64,000 nt of DNA from Pelagomonas calceolata (GCA_918797485.1 CAKKNE010000004.1:2666001-2730000); one strand, 5' to 3'; shown: positions 1 through 10,680, counted from the first letter of the stretch. The notes: generated from the sequence alone by a model not told the origin. Translations and numbers: made by a program.

Positions 1-2730
1 CCGGCGCCCGTCCTCCAAGCGAGCGACAGAGCCGTCCGCGAGCAACAGCCGCCGCGGTCGCCCCTCGAGAAGCTCGAGTCGCTCGCGGCCGACGGCGACA
101 GCGACGACGAGTCCGCGTCGATGCCCCGCGACAGCGACGACGCATCGAGCGCGGCGTCGCCGCCGGCGCGGCCGAATGTCCGCGACGACGACGGGCCCGC
201 GTCGCCGACGACGATGGAGGCCGTCGGCCTGCTCGTCGAGCACGCCGCGCGGCTCGAGGACGAGGTCCGGCGCCGCACGGGCGTCCTCGAGGACGAGGTG
301 ATCCGGCTGCGGACCGAGGGCGCGGCCCAGGAGACGGCCGCGCTCCGGGGCGAGCTCGCGGAGCTCCGGGCGGCGATCCTTGGCGCCGTCCGGCGCGACC
401 CCGAGCCGCACGACGAGATTGAGAGACTGCGGGACGAGGTCGCAGAGCTCCGGGCCTCGGCGCGCCTGCCGCCCGAGGACTTAGGTGATGCGCTCGCCGC
501 CGTCACGCGCGCCGCCGTCGACAAGGTCGCCGCCGTGCGGAACCAGGTGGCAGATCGGCACTGGGTACCGGAGGACGCCGTGGCGCCGACCGGCGTCGAA
601 CAAGCTTCGGCAGATCGGCACCGAGCACAGGATGACGACGCCGCAGAGCGGACTGGCGTCGAACAAGCGTCGCCGGTAGGAGACGCGGCCGAGGACCCCT
701 GGGCGCCGCTGACGACGGCCGACGGCCACGTCTACTGGTACCACACGGAGACGCACGAGACGACGTGGGAGCGGCCCGTGCCTCCTACGGCGCCGGCGGG
801 CGCGGCGGAGGAGCTGGCGGCGACGGCCCGCGCGCTCGCCGCGCGGGACGCCCGGATCGCCGAGCTCGAGGCGAGGCTGGAGGCGGCCGCGGCGCCCGTC
901 CCGGAGCCTACGCGGCAACCCGCCGCCGCCCCGGCGCCGCCGGCGGGCGCCTGGGCGCCGCTGACGGCGCCGACGGGCGACGTCTACTGGTACCATACCG
1001 AGACGCACGAGACGACGTGGGAGCGGCCCGTGCCCGTGGCTGCGCCGACGCCTGCTCCGCAACCCGTCGCCGCGCCGGAGGCCGTTCCTACCGCGCCGGC
1101 GCCCGTCTTTGCCCCGGCGCACACGGCTGCGCCGGAGCCCGCGTCTACGGCGGGCGGTCTCGCGGCGCAGCTCGAGCTGTGCTCGGCGCTCCAGGGCCTC
1201 GGCACGCTGCTGGACGGCCCGGACGCAGCCGCCGCGCCGCCGAGGCCCGACGACGCCAAGCTGGAGGGCCTCGTCGGCGACCTCATCGGCGCGCTGAAGA
1301 CCGACGCGGGCAAGCGCGACTTCGAGCGCCTCGCGGCGCAGCAGGCCGCGCGGGACGCCGACGCGCCTGCGGAGCCGGACGACTTCGTCTGGACGCCCGC
1401 CCGGCCGCCGACGCCTCCGGCCGCCCCCGCCGCGCCGACGCCTTCGGCTCAACACGAGTTCCAGTCGCGCCGCGCGTCGCTCAAGCGCGTGGTCCGTGAC
1501 GAGGCGCCGGCGCCCGACGCGCCCGCGCGCGCCGCAGTCGAGGAAACACGAGCCGAGGCCGAGGCCGAGAAAGCTCTGCGCGCCGAGAACGCGCGCCTCC
1601 GCGAGGAAATGGAGCGCGCCGCGGCGGCGCGCGAAGCCGAGAACGCACGCCTCCGCGCGGAGATGGAAGAGCTCCGGCGCGCCGCGGAACGGCCGGCGCC
1701 GCGCGACGACGCGACGACGGCCGCCGCGGCCCCGATCCTCGCCGAGCTCGAGGCGCGCGCCGCTCGCTTGCGCGAGCTCGAGGAGGCAGCCGTCGCGTCG
1801 GCCGCGGCGCGCGCCGCGGCGGATGCCGCGGCGGCGGCGCGCTGCGACCGCGCGTTCACGGCCATGGACGCCGCGGCGCAGGCCGCCTCCGAGGCGGCGG
1901 CGGCGGCCGCGCTGCCCGTGTTGCCTCCGGCCGCTCCCGCCGCGCCCACAGTAGCCGCGCTGCCCGTGGCACCGGCCGCCGCGCCGACGCCTCCGGCCGC
2001 TCCGGCCGCGCCCACGGTACCTGCGGAGCCCGCGTCGGCGCGACACGAGTTCCAGTCGCGCCGGGCGTCGCTCAAGCGCGTGGCACCGACGCGAGAACCG
2101 CCATCACCATCGCCGGAGCCTGCCTCCGAGGGCGGCCTCCGCCCGTCGGCGAGCAGTTCTTCGCTCGAAGATCAGATCGCCGCCGGCCGCCGGAACCTGC
2201 GCAAGTCGCCGCCGCCGTCGCCGTCGCCCGCCCACAACACGCGCAAGAGCGTCGAGTCGTACCTGGCGGCGCGGTGGCGCGCCGCGGCCACGGAGCCAGA
2301 CCCGCCGCTCGCGGACGAAGCCGCGTGCCCGCTCGACGGCGGCGACCTCGGCCCGCGCCTCGAGGCCTTCGAGTCGGAGTCGATCGCGTCGTCGACCGAC
2401 AGCTCGACCGCCGCCTCCTCCTCCGTCGAGCGGCCGCGGTCGTTGCTGTCGAAGGCGCGCGCCGTCAACGGCGGGACGCGACCGGCGGAACCGGAACCGG
2501 CGCCGGCGCCGGCTCCGCAAGCGCCTGAGGAGTCCTCCGACGCGGGATCGGCCGAGCCGGCCGAGGACCCCGCCGTCCTGGCCGCTGCCCAGACGCGCCT
2601 CGCGGCGTCTGAGGCCGAGCTTGCGGGGCTCCTCGAGGCGCTCGCGCAGACGCGCCGGGACGTCGCCGAGACGCGACGCGTTGTCGACGACGAGTCGAAG
2701 GCGTCGGTGGCGTCGTCAATTGGCGAGTAA
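1..2730 (+). CDS. Pro/Ala-rich coiled-coil protein with two WW domains and WH2-like motifs (probably 5'-partial)
   Basis: Frame is open from position 1. Two WW domains (WAPLTTADGHVYWYHTETHETTWERP; WAPLTAPTGDVYWYHTETHETTWERP). Repeated HEFQSRRASLKRV and LEDQIAAGRRNLRKS resemble WH2 (helix + LKKV). Confidence 0.75.
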   Translation, partial: PAPVLQASDRAVREQQPPRSPLEKLESLAADGDSDDESASMPRDSDDASSAASPPARPNVRDDDGPASPTTMEAVGLLVEHAARLEDEVRRRTGVLEDEVIRLRTEGAAQETAALRGELAELRAAILGAVRRDPEPHDEIERLRDEVAELRASARLPPEDLGDALAAVTRAAVDKVAAVRNQVADRHWVPEDAVAPTGVEQASADRHRAQDDDAAERTGVEQASPVGDAAEDPWAPLTTADGHVYWYHTETHETTWERPVPPTAPAGAAEELAATARALAARDARIAELEARLEAAAAPVPEPTRQPAAAPAPPAGAWAPLTAPTGDVYWYHTETHETTWERPVPVAAPTPAPQPVAAPEAVPTAPAPVFAPAHTAAPEPASTAGGLAAQLELCSALQGLGTLLDGPDAAAAPPRPDDAKLEGLVGDLIGALKTDAGKRDFERLAAQQAARDADAPAEPDDFVWTPARPPTPPAAPAAPTPSAQHEFQSRRASLKRVVRDEAPAPDAPARAAVEETRAEAEAEKALRAENARLREEMERAAAAREAENARLRAEMEELRRAAERPAPRDDATTAAAAPILAELEARAARLRELEEAAVASAAARAAADAAAAARCDRAFTAMDAAAQAASEAAAAAALPVLPPAAPAAPTVAALPVAPAAAPTPPAAPAAPTVPAEPASARHEFQSRRASLKRVAPTREPPSPSPEPASEGGLRPSASSSSLEDQIAAGRRNLRKSPPPSPSPAHNTRKSVESYLAARWRAAATEPDPPLADEAACPLDGGDLGPRLEAFESESIASSTDSSTAASSSVERPRSLLSKARAVNGGTRPAEPEPAPAPAPQAPEESSDAGSAEPAEDPAVLAAAQTRLAASEAELAGLLEALAQTRRDVAETRRVVDDESKASVASSIGE

Positions 2731-2835
2731 TTAATTAGTATGAATTCTTAGACTCGGTCTAGCCTCGCGGCGGCACCGCCGACACGGTCTCCTGGTGGTA
2801 TATATCGAAAAGTTGCTTAGGAATTCCCGGCAGAT

Positions 2836-4114
2836 CTAGCGCTGCGCCGGGTTTTGAGGCTGGTCCACGCCTGCCTCGTCGCGAATCTCCTGGCGTCGGA
2901 CGACGCCAACGCCCCCGAGCTCCGGCGGACCAATGTGGGCGTCGCGCGGGGGGTCGGCGGGGTGCGCCAGCTGCGGGATGTTCCCGCCGAGCGTCTCGAG
3001 GGGAATGGCCGCGGCGTTCATCTGGGCGACGGTCCGCGGCATGCCGCCGGGCCGACCGTAGCCGCGCGCGCCGCCGATCCGCGCCTCGCGACGGTAGGGC
3101 ACGGCGTAGGTTAACGTTCGGCGCGCCTCCAGGTCGTCGAACGTCAGCAAGCCGTCATCCAAGCGCGCCCGGTCCACCATCTTGGTGTAGGGGTCGTCCG
3201 GAGCGAGCATCGGCCCGACGATGCAGAAAGCGGCCGTGAGGCCACCGAAGAGGCTTAACCAGATGATAATCCGCCACCAATCATCCTCATCAATCCTATG
3301 GGCGCCGCCGTTCCTCGAAAGCTGTCGCAACATCGCGCGCATACCCAGTTCGTGAGCTTGCCGCGCGCCCGTCGGCCGCCGCGGGCTAAGCGGGTTCGGG
3401 ATGATCCCGCCGTTCAGGGACATGGCCCTCGCGAGCGCGGCTAAAATGTAAGCAGGCTTTCCATAAATAGCGTTAAAGCTAACAAGCGAGAGGCCGAGGA
3501 CAGTGTCTGTGCCCTGCATGTCCCTCACAGTAGCGAGATCGGCGGCGCTGAGACGGAGCCAGCCCGTCGTGAGGCGCTCGATGGAGTTGTCCATGAAGTT
3601 GATGTACAGGTCGTACCGCCCGCGCCACGCCAGCTCCATTAATACGGTGCACGATGTGCAGAAGATGCGTAGTTGGAACTTGTAGCTCTGGAAGATCGGG
3701 CCCGCGATGCGTTCGTACTCGTCCGGGTTGCCGATCATCGCGAGCGTCACGGCGCCGGACATGGCGAGCGCGATATCGAACGCGCCGAACATGCACGACG
3801 CCACGTAGCACGGGCCCCAGCCGCGTCGTGCCGCCCAAGTCGGCGACCGGTAGTCTAGACGCCGCGAGGACGTCCAGCGACAACCGCCCTACCCTCAACC
3901 GCTGCTGGCGCGCGCGGCCGGCGACGGGCGCGATCACTAACCGGGGGAGCCTTCGTTGATACCAGCGCGCGGCCGCCGCGTCGGGCCGGTCGAAGGGGAC
4001 GACATCCTTTGTGTTGTCGGTCGCCTCCTCCTTGCGGGGGGATCTGGTGGAGTGGGGCGAGCCGACGGACGCCTCAGAGCGCGTGCGCTCCATGCGCGCC
4101 GGCGCCGCGGCCAT
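2836..4114 (-). CDS. Hypothetical protein; exon structure unresolved (ORFs 3479-4114 and 2836-3804 are in different frames)
   Basis: 322-aa ORF with a hydrophobic segment near WWRIIIWLSLFGGLTAAFCIVG; no family recognised. Confidence 0.35.
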
Positions 4115-4360
4115 GTGGCAAGCGAGGGCTCTCCGGATATATCACTCGGTTTCACCTCTGAGACGTCCTGTCGAGCCGTCGGCTTCTCGGAAATCGCGCC
4201 ACAAGGCCAGAGCAAATTCTCACTGAGATCCCGCCGACGCCGACGCGCGACGCCGCAGCTGCCACAGACTCTGCAGTTGGCTATCTTGGGAAACCCGTTT
4301 TGATTGCGCCGATGGCGCGATGTTCTCTACGGCTTATACACAAAGACATTATATACGACA

Positions 4361-4978
4361 CTAGTATTGGGCCGCCAGAGGGACAACCTCCTCCTCCCAG
4401 TCCATCGCCCACGCGATCAGGAATACGGACGACAGCACCGGCAGGAAGTGCCAGAGCGTGTGCCACATAAGGTACGCGTCCAGGCAACCCTTCCGCGACG
4501 CGCGGCCCGAGAGGGCCTTGCAGGCCAGGCCGAGGGTCACGGCGAGCGCCCACGCGTTCCTAAGTGTCCGGGGAATCGTGACACTTCCGATCGCGAGCCG
4601 GAGCGCTAGGAGCGGTCCGCAGGCTAGCATCAATGCGCTGGCCAGCATGCGATCTGTGGCGTGCCACGGACTAGAGGCATCACCAAAAGCGCGCACGTCC
4701 GACAGATATGATACGGCGCTCTCGACGACAAGTGCCATTCCCAAGACCTGCCAATTGTAACCCGGGTCCCGGGCCCGCAGCCGCGCCGAGAGCGCGACCA
4801 TCGTGCTTCCCAGCAGCGCGTAGGCCCAGGGCGACGCGCGGTAGCAGCGCGCGAGCATCGTGTCGCCTTTGACCACCGCGTCGCGGTCCTCCGGGCGGTG
4901 GACGTGGCCGTAGAACAGCGTCGCCCAGAGCTTCGCCGCTCGGGTCCTAGCCGACGGCTTCGCGTCCTGCAGCAGCAT
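4361..4978 (-). CDS. Multi-pass membrane protein, CREST/hemolysin-III/ceramidase-like
   Basis: Several TM helices; SYLSD, D-R and HTLWH (HxxxH) motifs. Confidence 0.55.
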   Translation of the reverse strand: MLLQDAKPSARTRAAKLWATLFYGHVHRPEDRDAVVKGDTMLARCYRASPWAYALLGSTMVALSARLRARDPGYNWQVLGMALVVESAVSYLSDVRAFGDASSPWHATDRMLASALMLACGPLLALRLAIGSVTIPRTLRNAWALAVTLGLACKALSGRASRKGCLDAYLMWHTLWHFLPVLSSVFLIAWAMDWEEEVVPLAAQY

Positions 4979-5227
4979 CACGCTCGCTGCTACGCTCTCT
5001 GTGATTTCAAGTCCACGGCAAGCGCCACGGGTGTCGGAGTTGCCTCAGTCGCTCGGGCGTGTGTAAGACTGCAAGCAAATACCAGCGAGCGTTCTTTATG
5101 CAATATGCGCAAGGTGCAGCGTGTGTGGCCTCGGTCATCGATCAAAAACTAGTGTGTCAATACGCTAGCTCGGATTTGCAGCGACACGTAAAACACAGGT
5201 TCTTACTTCTACTCGCCGCTTGTGGTC

Positions 5228-5300
5228 CGCGCCGGACGACAGGGTCGGGTCCGCGCACCCAAGGGAGGGGCGCGCGGCCGTCATGGGTCGTCCGAGCGCG
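5228..5300 (-). promoter_or_regulatory. SECIS element of the selenoprotein MsrA mRNA
   Basis: Minus strand just after the stop: helix I CGCGCTCGGACGAC/GTCGTCCGGCGCG; core ATGAC...CGAC; 12-bp helix II GGCCGCGCGCCC/GGGTGCGCGGACC (one bulged A); apical loop CTCCCTT. Confidence 0.85.
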
Positions 5301-5305
5301 AGAAC

Positions 5306-6028
5306 TCACGGCGGGATCGGTTTCCGCTCCTCGCCGTAGAGCATCGAGTTCATCGAGAGCATCTTCGCCAGGTACTTTTGATGGTACTCTTCCGCTTGCC
5401 AGAAGGGCATCGCGGGTTCAATAGCTGTGTGGCGGCACCACTTCTTGCCGTCCGCAATCAGCTGGGCCTGCATCGTCTCCGCCGCTTCTCGCTGGGCCTC
5501 ATCATGATAAAAGACAGCGGACCGGTACTGGCGCATCGCGATGCCCGGCGTGTGCTCCCTCCAGAACTTCTCGAGGATGTCCTCGTACGTCAGTTCCTCG
5601 TTGAATTCGATCAGGATCGCCTCGGTATGGTCGCCGATGCGCTTATAGGTCGGCTCGAACCTGTGCATAAATCAACTAGTGAGTCGGGTGCGGCCATGTT
5701 GGCTGAAACGAGCGGTAATAGACCACGACGCCACGCCATCGAGCTGGCGTCGCGTCGATGGCGTGCATGGTGGAGACGCGTCGCGACAATTTGATTTGTT
5801 CACTGGCTCGAACAGTTCCCCACCGGTGTACCCCACAAGGGTCTTCTCGACGCCGGGCGTCGTGTCGAAGGACCCCTGCGGGTGCCAGAATCAGCCCATC
5901 GCTAGAGTGGCGACGCGCGGCGGCTGGTTGAGCGTGATCTTCGGCGTGTACAGCGGGCACGGCGTGACCCGTGAGTCCTGTAGAGCGGCCGCGCCGGAGG
6001 CCGCTAGTGCTAAGACTACAGCACGCAT
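5306..6028 (-). CDS. msrA: Selenocysteine-containing peptide methionine sulfoxide reductase A; exons 6028-5814, 5660-5306; Sec TGA at 5893-5891
   Basis: Reads MRAVVLALAASGAAAL...ATLAMG[TGA]FWHPQ...VGYTGG...EPTY...DHTEAI...QYRSAVF...AEEYHQKYL. TGA replaces the Cys of GCFW. Spliced length 570 nt, in frame; signal-peptide-like N-terminus. Confidence 0.92.
5661..5805. mobile_element. Introner element forming the msrA intron (5661-5813, GT-AG)
   Basis: Perfect 8-bp TSD GCTCGAAC at 5653-5660 and 5806-5813; imperfect TIRs CTGTGCATAAATCAA / TTGATTTGTTCACTG; internal ACGCCATCGA...TCGATGGCGT. Confidence 0.92.
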
Positions 6029-6322
6029 CGCTGCGTCTCACTTGCTCAGCCCACGGGTGCTACACGAGAGACTCCGTTGCAGTTATTCACCGATGCCTTC
6101 AGCCCGCGTCGATGGCGTGCAGAGCTCGTGACGCACACCGGAGAGCATAATCCTAGCGTACCGACACACACTAGCATTACAGGCACAACGCACAGCTCCA
6201 AATCGATCGATTAGACACTACACGATGGGCCACAACAACTCATTCGTGCATATCTGACAGCAGGGCACAACGGTAGCAGCGGTTCAGGCTCTGACAGCGC
6301 GCACCAACACTGCCTAGCAGAG

Positions 6323-7201
6323 ATGGCCCAAAGACCAACAAATCGTCCGGCGTGGATGTCCGAGGAAGCCTACGCCGAGGCAATCAAGCGAGTAGAGAGG
6401 CCGCCAGCGCCGGAGCCCGAGACCACGGAGACCGCGCTGCCGCCCGTCAGCACGGCGGCCGCGACGCGCGTCGTTTACATCGAGCGATTTGTGGATCCGC
6501 CGAACCCGTACTTGCCGGCGGAGGAGCGCAATGAATTAGATGTGGCCTATCGGGAACTGGGCGCGCGCTTCGGCTTCGCGCGGCGCGTGGCCGTGTCGCC
6601 GGCGGGCGACGTCGTCTGCGCGTTCGCGGAGCTGGAGGCGGCGGAGCGCTGCGTGCGGGCGCTCCACGGCCGCCGCGTGAAGGGCCGGCAGCTCTGTGCC
6701 GACTTTCTGCGCGAAGATGAGGAAGACGGCCCGCTCCTCGACGATCATGGAGTGCCGACGGCGCCGCCGCGGAAGCCGACGACGGTGCGCGTCGGCAATG
6801 CGTGGGGCGTGGGCGCGGGAGATGAGTTCGTGCGCCGCGCGGCGGACGCGATCGCCGTCGAGTGCTCGCGCTTCGGGCCCCTGCGGCGCGCCGTGGGCGA
6901 GGCCGAGGCCTGCGAGGTCTTGGTGCAATTCTCGTCTTCACTGAGTGCCGGCGAGTGCGCGCGGGAGCTGAGCGGGCTATCCTTCGACGGGCGTCCCTTG
7001 ACCTGCGTCCTCGACGACGACGACGTCGCTGCGGCGCCCGAGCCAACGGAGCTCAAATTCTGGCAACACGATCCCAATCGAAAGCCAAAGTCCCACCGCG
7101 ACCGGCCGCCGACGCCCGTCCCCGAGCGGTCCCGGTCCCGGTCCCGGTCGCGGTCGCCGCCGCAGGGACTCGTCGCTGACTACTCGTCGGACGACGACTG
7201 A
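6323..7201 (+). CDS. Two-RRM (U2AF/UHM-like) RNA-binding protein with RS tail
   Basis: Two degenerate RRMs (ALHGRRVKGRQL; LSGLSFDGRPL); RSRSRSRSRSP tail. Confidence 0.7.
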   Translation: MAQRPTNRPAWMSEEAYAEAIKRVERPPAPEPETTETALPPVSTAAATRVVYIERFVDPPNPYLPAEERNELDVAYRELGARFGFARRVAVSPAGDVVCAFAELEAAERCVRALHGRRVKGRQLCADFLREDEEDGPLLDDHGVPTAPPRKPTTVRVGNAWGVGAGDEFVRRAADAIAVECSRFGPLRRAVGEAEACEVLVQFSSSLSAGECARELSGLSFDGRPLTCVLDDDDVAAAPEPTELKFWQHDPNRKPKSHRDRPPTPVPERSRSRSRSRSPPQGLVADYSSDDD

Positions 7202-7228
7202 CTAAGTGTTTGTTTGTGTTTTTACCAG

Positions 7229-7667
7229 CTAATTGACCACCAGTCGCGCCTCGTTGCGCTTGATGGCGGCCTTGATGTTGTCGTTGCCCTGGATGATGTC
7301 TTCCGCGTCGTAGAGGTCGCTCACCTTCTTGAAGCGGCCCTCGTAGCGCACGTGCTCGACGATGCGGGACGCGATCGTCGGGTACCTGTGTCATGTCGAA
7401 GGTGTCATGTTGATCGAAGGTGTCGGTGCCACGCCGCATATATCACATGCCCGGGCAGTCCATGTACGCCGGCGCCTGGGACGTGTTGATGTTGACCTTC
7501 GACGTCGGCTGCTCGACGGGCTTGGCCTTGAAGCCGCCCGGTGGGCCCTCGGCGGCCGCGGCGGTCGCGATCGTCGCCGTGCCGGCGGCGAGAGACTGGG
7601 TCCAGGCGCGCCGCGTCGTCGGCGTGAGCGCTGCGGCCGAGGCCACGATGAGGAAGATGCTACGCAT
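7229..7667 (-). CDS. psbU: Photosystem II 12-kDa extrinsic protein (PsbU)-like; exons 7667-7447, 7385-7229
   Basis: Bipartite leader with RR motif; the spliced product KVNINTS...PGMYPTIASRIV matches the PsbU PGMYPT motif; 61-nt GT-AG intron at 7386-7446. Confidence 0.65.
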
Positions 7668-7963
7668 CACTGCCTGCCTCACGGCTTGCAAGCTTGGGAG
7701 CTCTGTCTTGTGTGAGGTGGGCACGCTTTCGCCGTCCGCCCGCAAGGTTACGCGCTGTATGCGGTTCACAGCGATGCAGCAACGTCCCAGAACGTGGTTT
7801 GCGCCGCTAGCCGCTGAGAACTGGGGATGCAATCCTGCTTTGGCAGAGCCTGTGCCCGGAGAGCCAGACTCAACTCGTCGGCTGCGCGTAGCAATTGATC
7901 ACTCACAGCTCATCACAGGCCCAGTGGTGACCTATCGAAGGGCTGAGGAGAGCTGGGGCATCA

Positions 7964-8965
7964 ATGCTGCTGCTCACGCGCCGCATCACACGCCACCCAG
8001 CAGTGCTTGCAAATGCTGCTCGCAAAACGTCTTGGGCGGCACCCGAGGCACCCTCGTGGTTGAGGAGAGTAGAACACTGGCTCCGTCCACCAGCGCCAAG
8101 CGGTGACCCATTGCAGCTTCTGCCGTGGGAATTGACGTCGCCCGCGGCGCTCGAGGTCGGCAGCGATTCGGCGCGCGACGCCGACTTGCTCGCGTATGCG
8201 GGCGTCGTCGTGCGACGGAACGCAGTCTGTCGCGACGCCGTCGCTGTCGCTCGGACGAGAGCGGAGGAGCTCGCGGCCGAGGCGACGCGTCGGGCGACTG
8301 CGAGGGGCGCCGACGCCGGCGACGCTTCGGCCGGGTTTCACTTCGCCGACGCGTCGCAGCGCGGGCCGTTCCGGCTCGACCTGAGGCTGGGCGGAGCATT
8401 GGAAGCGCCGCCGTTCGATTTGCCGCTTGACGCGATATGGCCACAGGTCCGAGCAGCGCTCGGCGAGGATGCCGTATTGAGGAGGGGCCTCGTCGTCGGC
8501 CTGCCGGGCGCCAGCGACCAAGCGTACCACGCCGACGCGCCGAGGGTTCCGCCTGAAGTCTGGGCCGAACACGAGAGTGCCACCCGAACGCAGCCGGCCC
8601 ATTCGCTGGTCGTGTTCCTGCCGCTCTGCGACCTGAACGAGGCGAACGGCCCGACGGCCTTCCTGCCCGGCTCGCACCAGCGCTGGACGAGCGATGCGTT
8701 AGAGGCCGAGGCGGACGCGCCCGGCTCCTCTACGGCCGGCGCGCCGGCCATCCTCGACGTGGACGCCGGCGACGCGATCATCTTCGACTCTCGGACGCAG
8801 CACGCGGGCGGCGCGAACCGCTCGAAACACGCGCGGCCGATCCTGTACCTCGTCTTCGCGCGGCCGTGGTTCGACGAGAAACTGCACCGGCGGCTCGTCG
8901 GGGGTGCCGGCGGCGGCGACGGCGTGCAACGGTTGTTTCCGGAGTTTTCTGCGTCTGGTGCGTGA
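7964..8965 (+). CDS. Phytanoyl-CoA dioxygenase (PhyH)-family Fe(II)/2OG dioxygenase
   Basis: QAYHAD (HxD), NGPTAFLPGSH, GDAIIFDSRTQHAGGAN...RPILY. Confidence 0.85.
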   Translation: MLLLTRRITRHPAVLANAARKTSWAAPEAPSWLRRVEHWLRPPAPSGDPLQLLPWELTSPAALEVGSDSARDADLLAYAGVVVRRNAVCRDAVAVARTRAEELAAEATRRATARGADAGDASAGFHFADASQRGPFRLDLRLGGALEAPPFDLPLDAIWPQVRAALGEDAVLRRGLVVGLPGASDQAYHADAPRVPPEVWAEHESATRTQPAHSLVVFLPLCDLNEANGPTAFLPGSHQRWTSDALEAEADAPGSSTAGAPAILDVDAGDAIIFDSRTQHAGGANRSKHARPILYLVFARPWFDEKLHRRLVGGAGGGDGVQRLFPEFSASGA

Positions 8966-9369
8966 GTTGTTGTTTAGATTGGTACAAATGGTGTGTCTGT
9001 CTTTCTGTGACGGTGCTAGGACTCGTGGGCGGAGCTCCAAATAAAACCGGCTAGTGTCTTACAGGTCGCTAGAAAAATCGGAGACGAGATTTGCGGTGCG
9101 CGCGAGGGAGTGGCCGCTACAGCATCTGGTTGCACAAGAGCTACTTGCCAGCCTCTCAGAGCAGCGCAACCAATCGCGAGCAGCTGTGAGACAGCGTAGG
9201 CGACGCACAGCCACCGGGTCACAAGGCCAGGATTTATCCGGCGCCATATATTGCCGCGCAGCCTCGGACACGCCCGGCAGGCGTCGTCTGCGCATAGGGC
9301 CAGCGCTGCCACGACCGCGCGGGTGTCGAAAAACCGTCGCCGCCGAACGAAAAGACAACGCCGGCCGCG

Positions 9370-10671
9370 ATGTCCGAGTTCGACGAGGAGGACCCCGAAA
9401 TCGCCGCCGCGTCGGCGCAGGGCGGCTACACGAATGATGAAAACGACAACGAGGGCTTCGTGAGCTTGGACGCGGTGAAGAAGCACTACCGGGGCGCCGA
9501 CGACGACGACGAGGAGTCGGACGATGGGTTGGACATCACTGAAAAATTAAGGAAGGAGATGACGTGTGCTGTGTGTTTATCTTTATTCCGCGATCCTATT
9601 GCATTAAGGTGCGGCCACGCGTACTGTCGAGCTTGTGCCGCTACGTTGAGACTACGTAGCGAACCGAAGCGCGCCCGGTGCCCCGCGTGCCGAGCGCCTT
9701 TACGTAAGGGTGAAGATGAAGAAACACCGACGTCCATACCTCTGAGAAATGCATGTAGACTCCTAAGAACGGCAGAAGAACGGGAAGCCGACGACTCCAT
9801 CCAGCGCGCGAGAGCCGCGGAGGAAGCGGCGGAAGAAAGACGGCGGGAAATCGACGACGCGTTAGGTGAGTGCCTCGTCGCGGCGTCGGCGAACGACCCG
9901 CCCGTCGGGTGGCGGCGCATCCAATTCGGGAAACGATTAGCTGTTTGTACTAGAAATGTCCGAAGAGAGGGCACGTCGCATCGCATCGCTCTAGCATTAA
10001 GGCTGGATCGGTGGGACATCGACCATGATTCAGCGAACTTTGGGGTCTGCGTCCTGAAGGCCGAGGACGACGAGGACACTCTGTCAGAGCCGTTGCCCGT
10101 GTGTCTCTCGACTACGGGAGACGACGACTGCCTGATCGCGCGGGACCACGCCGATCGGAGCGTGGTGCTCGAAGGCGAAAATGCGCCCTCGTTCGGGGGC
10201 CCCTGGGCGCAGACCGCGGCGTTGGTGCGGGGCGAGGCCTGGTTCGGCGATGTTGATGTGTGGGGCGGCGGCGAGCCCTGGGAGAGCGTCGGCGACTGGT
10301 TAGTGTTGGATTTGGTGGACGCGGAGTGCGGGTTGGAGTTGAGGATAGCCGTGCACCGCTCGCTGGACGCACAGGCGCCAGATGAGAGCGATGTGGAGTC
10401 GGCCGGGTCGCGGAGCTCGCGCTACGAGTCCGACGACGGGTTCATCGTGGCGAGCGACGAGGAGGACGCCGTCGAGGCGTCGGCGGACGCGGAGTTCTCT
10501 GACGAAGAGCCGCCGGCGCGCTTAACGGGCCACATGAGCCGCGAGGCGGCGCGGGCGGCTGTCGACTCGCCTTCCTTCTTAAACGGCCTCGGGGATGCGG
10601 CCGGCGCGTCGGACGACTCGGACGAGGACGAGGAGGAGGAGCCGATCCGGCGGAAGCGGCCTAGGCGATAA
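9370..10671 (+). CDS. C3HC4 RING-finger protein
   Basis: CAVCLSLFRDPIALRCGHAYCRAC...CPACR; acidic tail and C-terminal RRKRPRR NLS. Confidence 0.85.
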   Translation: MSEFDEEDPEIAAASAQGGYTNDENDNEGFVSLDAVKKHYRGADDDDEESDDGLDITEKLRKEMTCAVCLSLFRDPIALRCGHAYCRACAATLRLRSEPKRARCPACRAPLRKGEDEETPTSIPLRNACRLLRTAEEREADDSIQRARAAEEAAEERRREIDDALGECLVAASANDPPVGWRRIQFGKRLAVCTRNVRREGTSHRIALALRLDRWDIDHDSANFGVCVLKAEDDEDTLSEPLPVCLSTTGDDDCLIARDHADRSVVLEGENAPSFGGPWAQTAALVRGEAWFGDVDVWGGGEPWESVGDWLVLDLVDAECGLELRIAVHRSLDAQAPDESDVESAGSRSSRYESDDGFIVASDEEDAVEASADAEFSDEEPPARLTGHMSREAARAAVDSPSFLNGLGDAAGASDDSDEDEEEEPIRRKRPRR

Positions 10672-10680
10672 CCTTACTCA

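Noticed and set aside
481..2520. Long antisense and alternative-frame ORFs (here and throughout, e.g. 43612-44610, 55563-56369)
   Set aside because: Arg/Gly/Ala-rich shadow ORFs are expected at this GC content and overlap well-supported genes.
3860..3945. Intron or recoding event joining ORF 3479-4114 to ORF 2836-3804
   Set aside because: The best donor (GTTAGT) did not give an in-frame join with the nearby AGs tested; left unresolved.
7443..7445. In-frame TGA after PGM in the PsbU-like gene as a second Sec codon
   Set aside because: It lies in a GT donor (AT|GTGATA); removing 7386-7446 restores PGMYPT, and no SECIS was seen.
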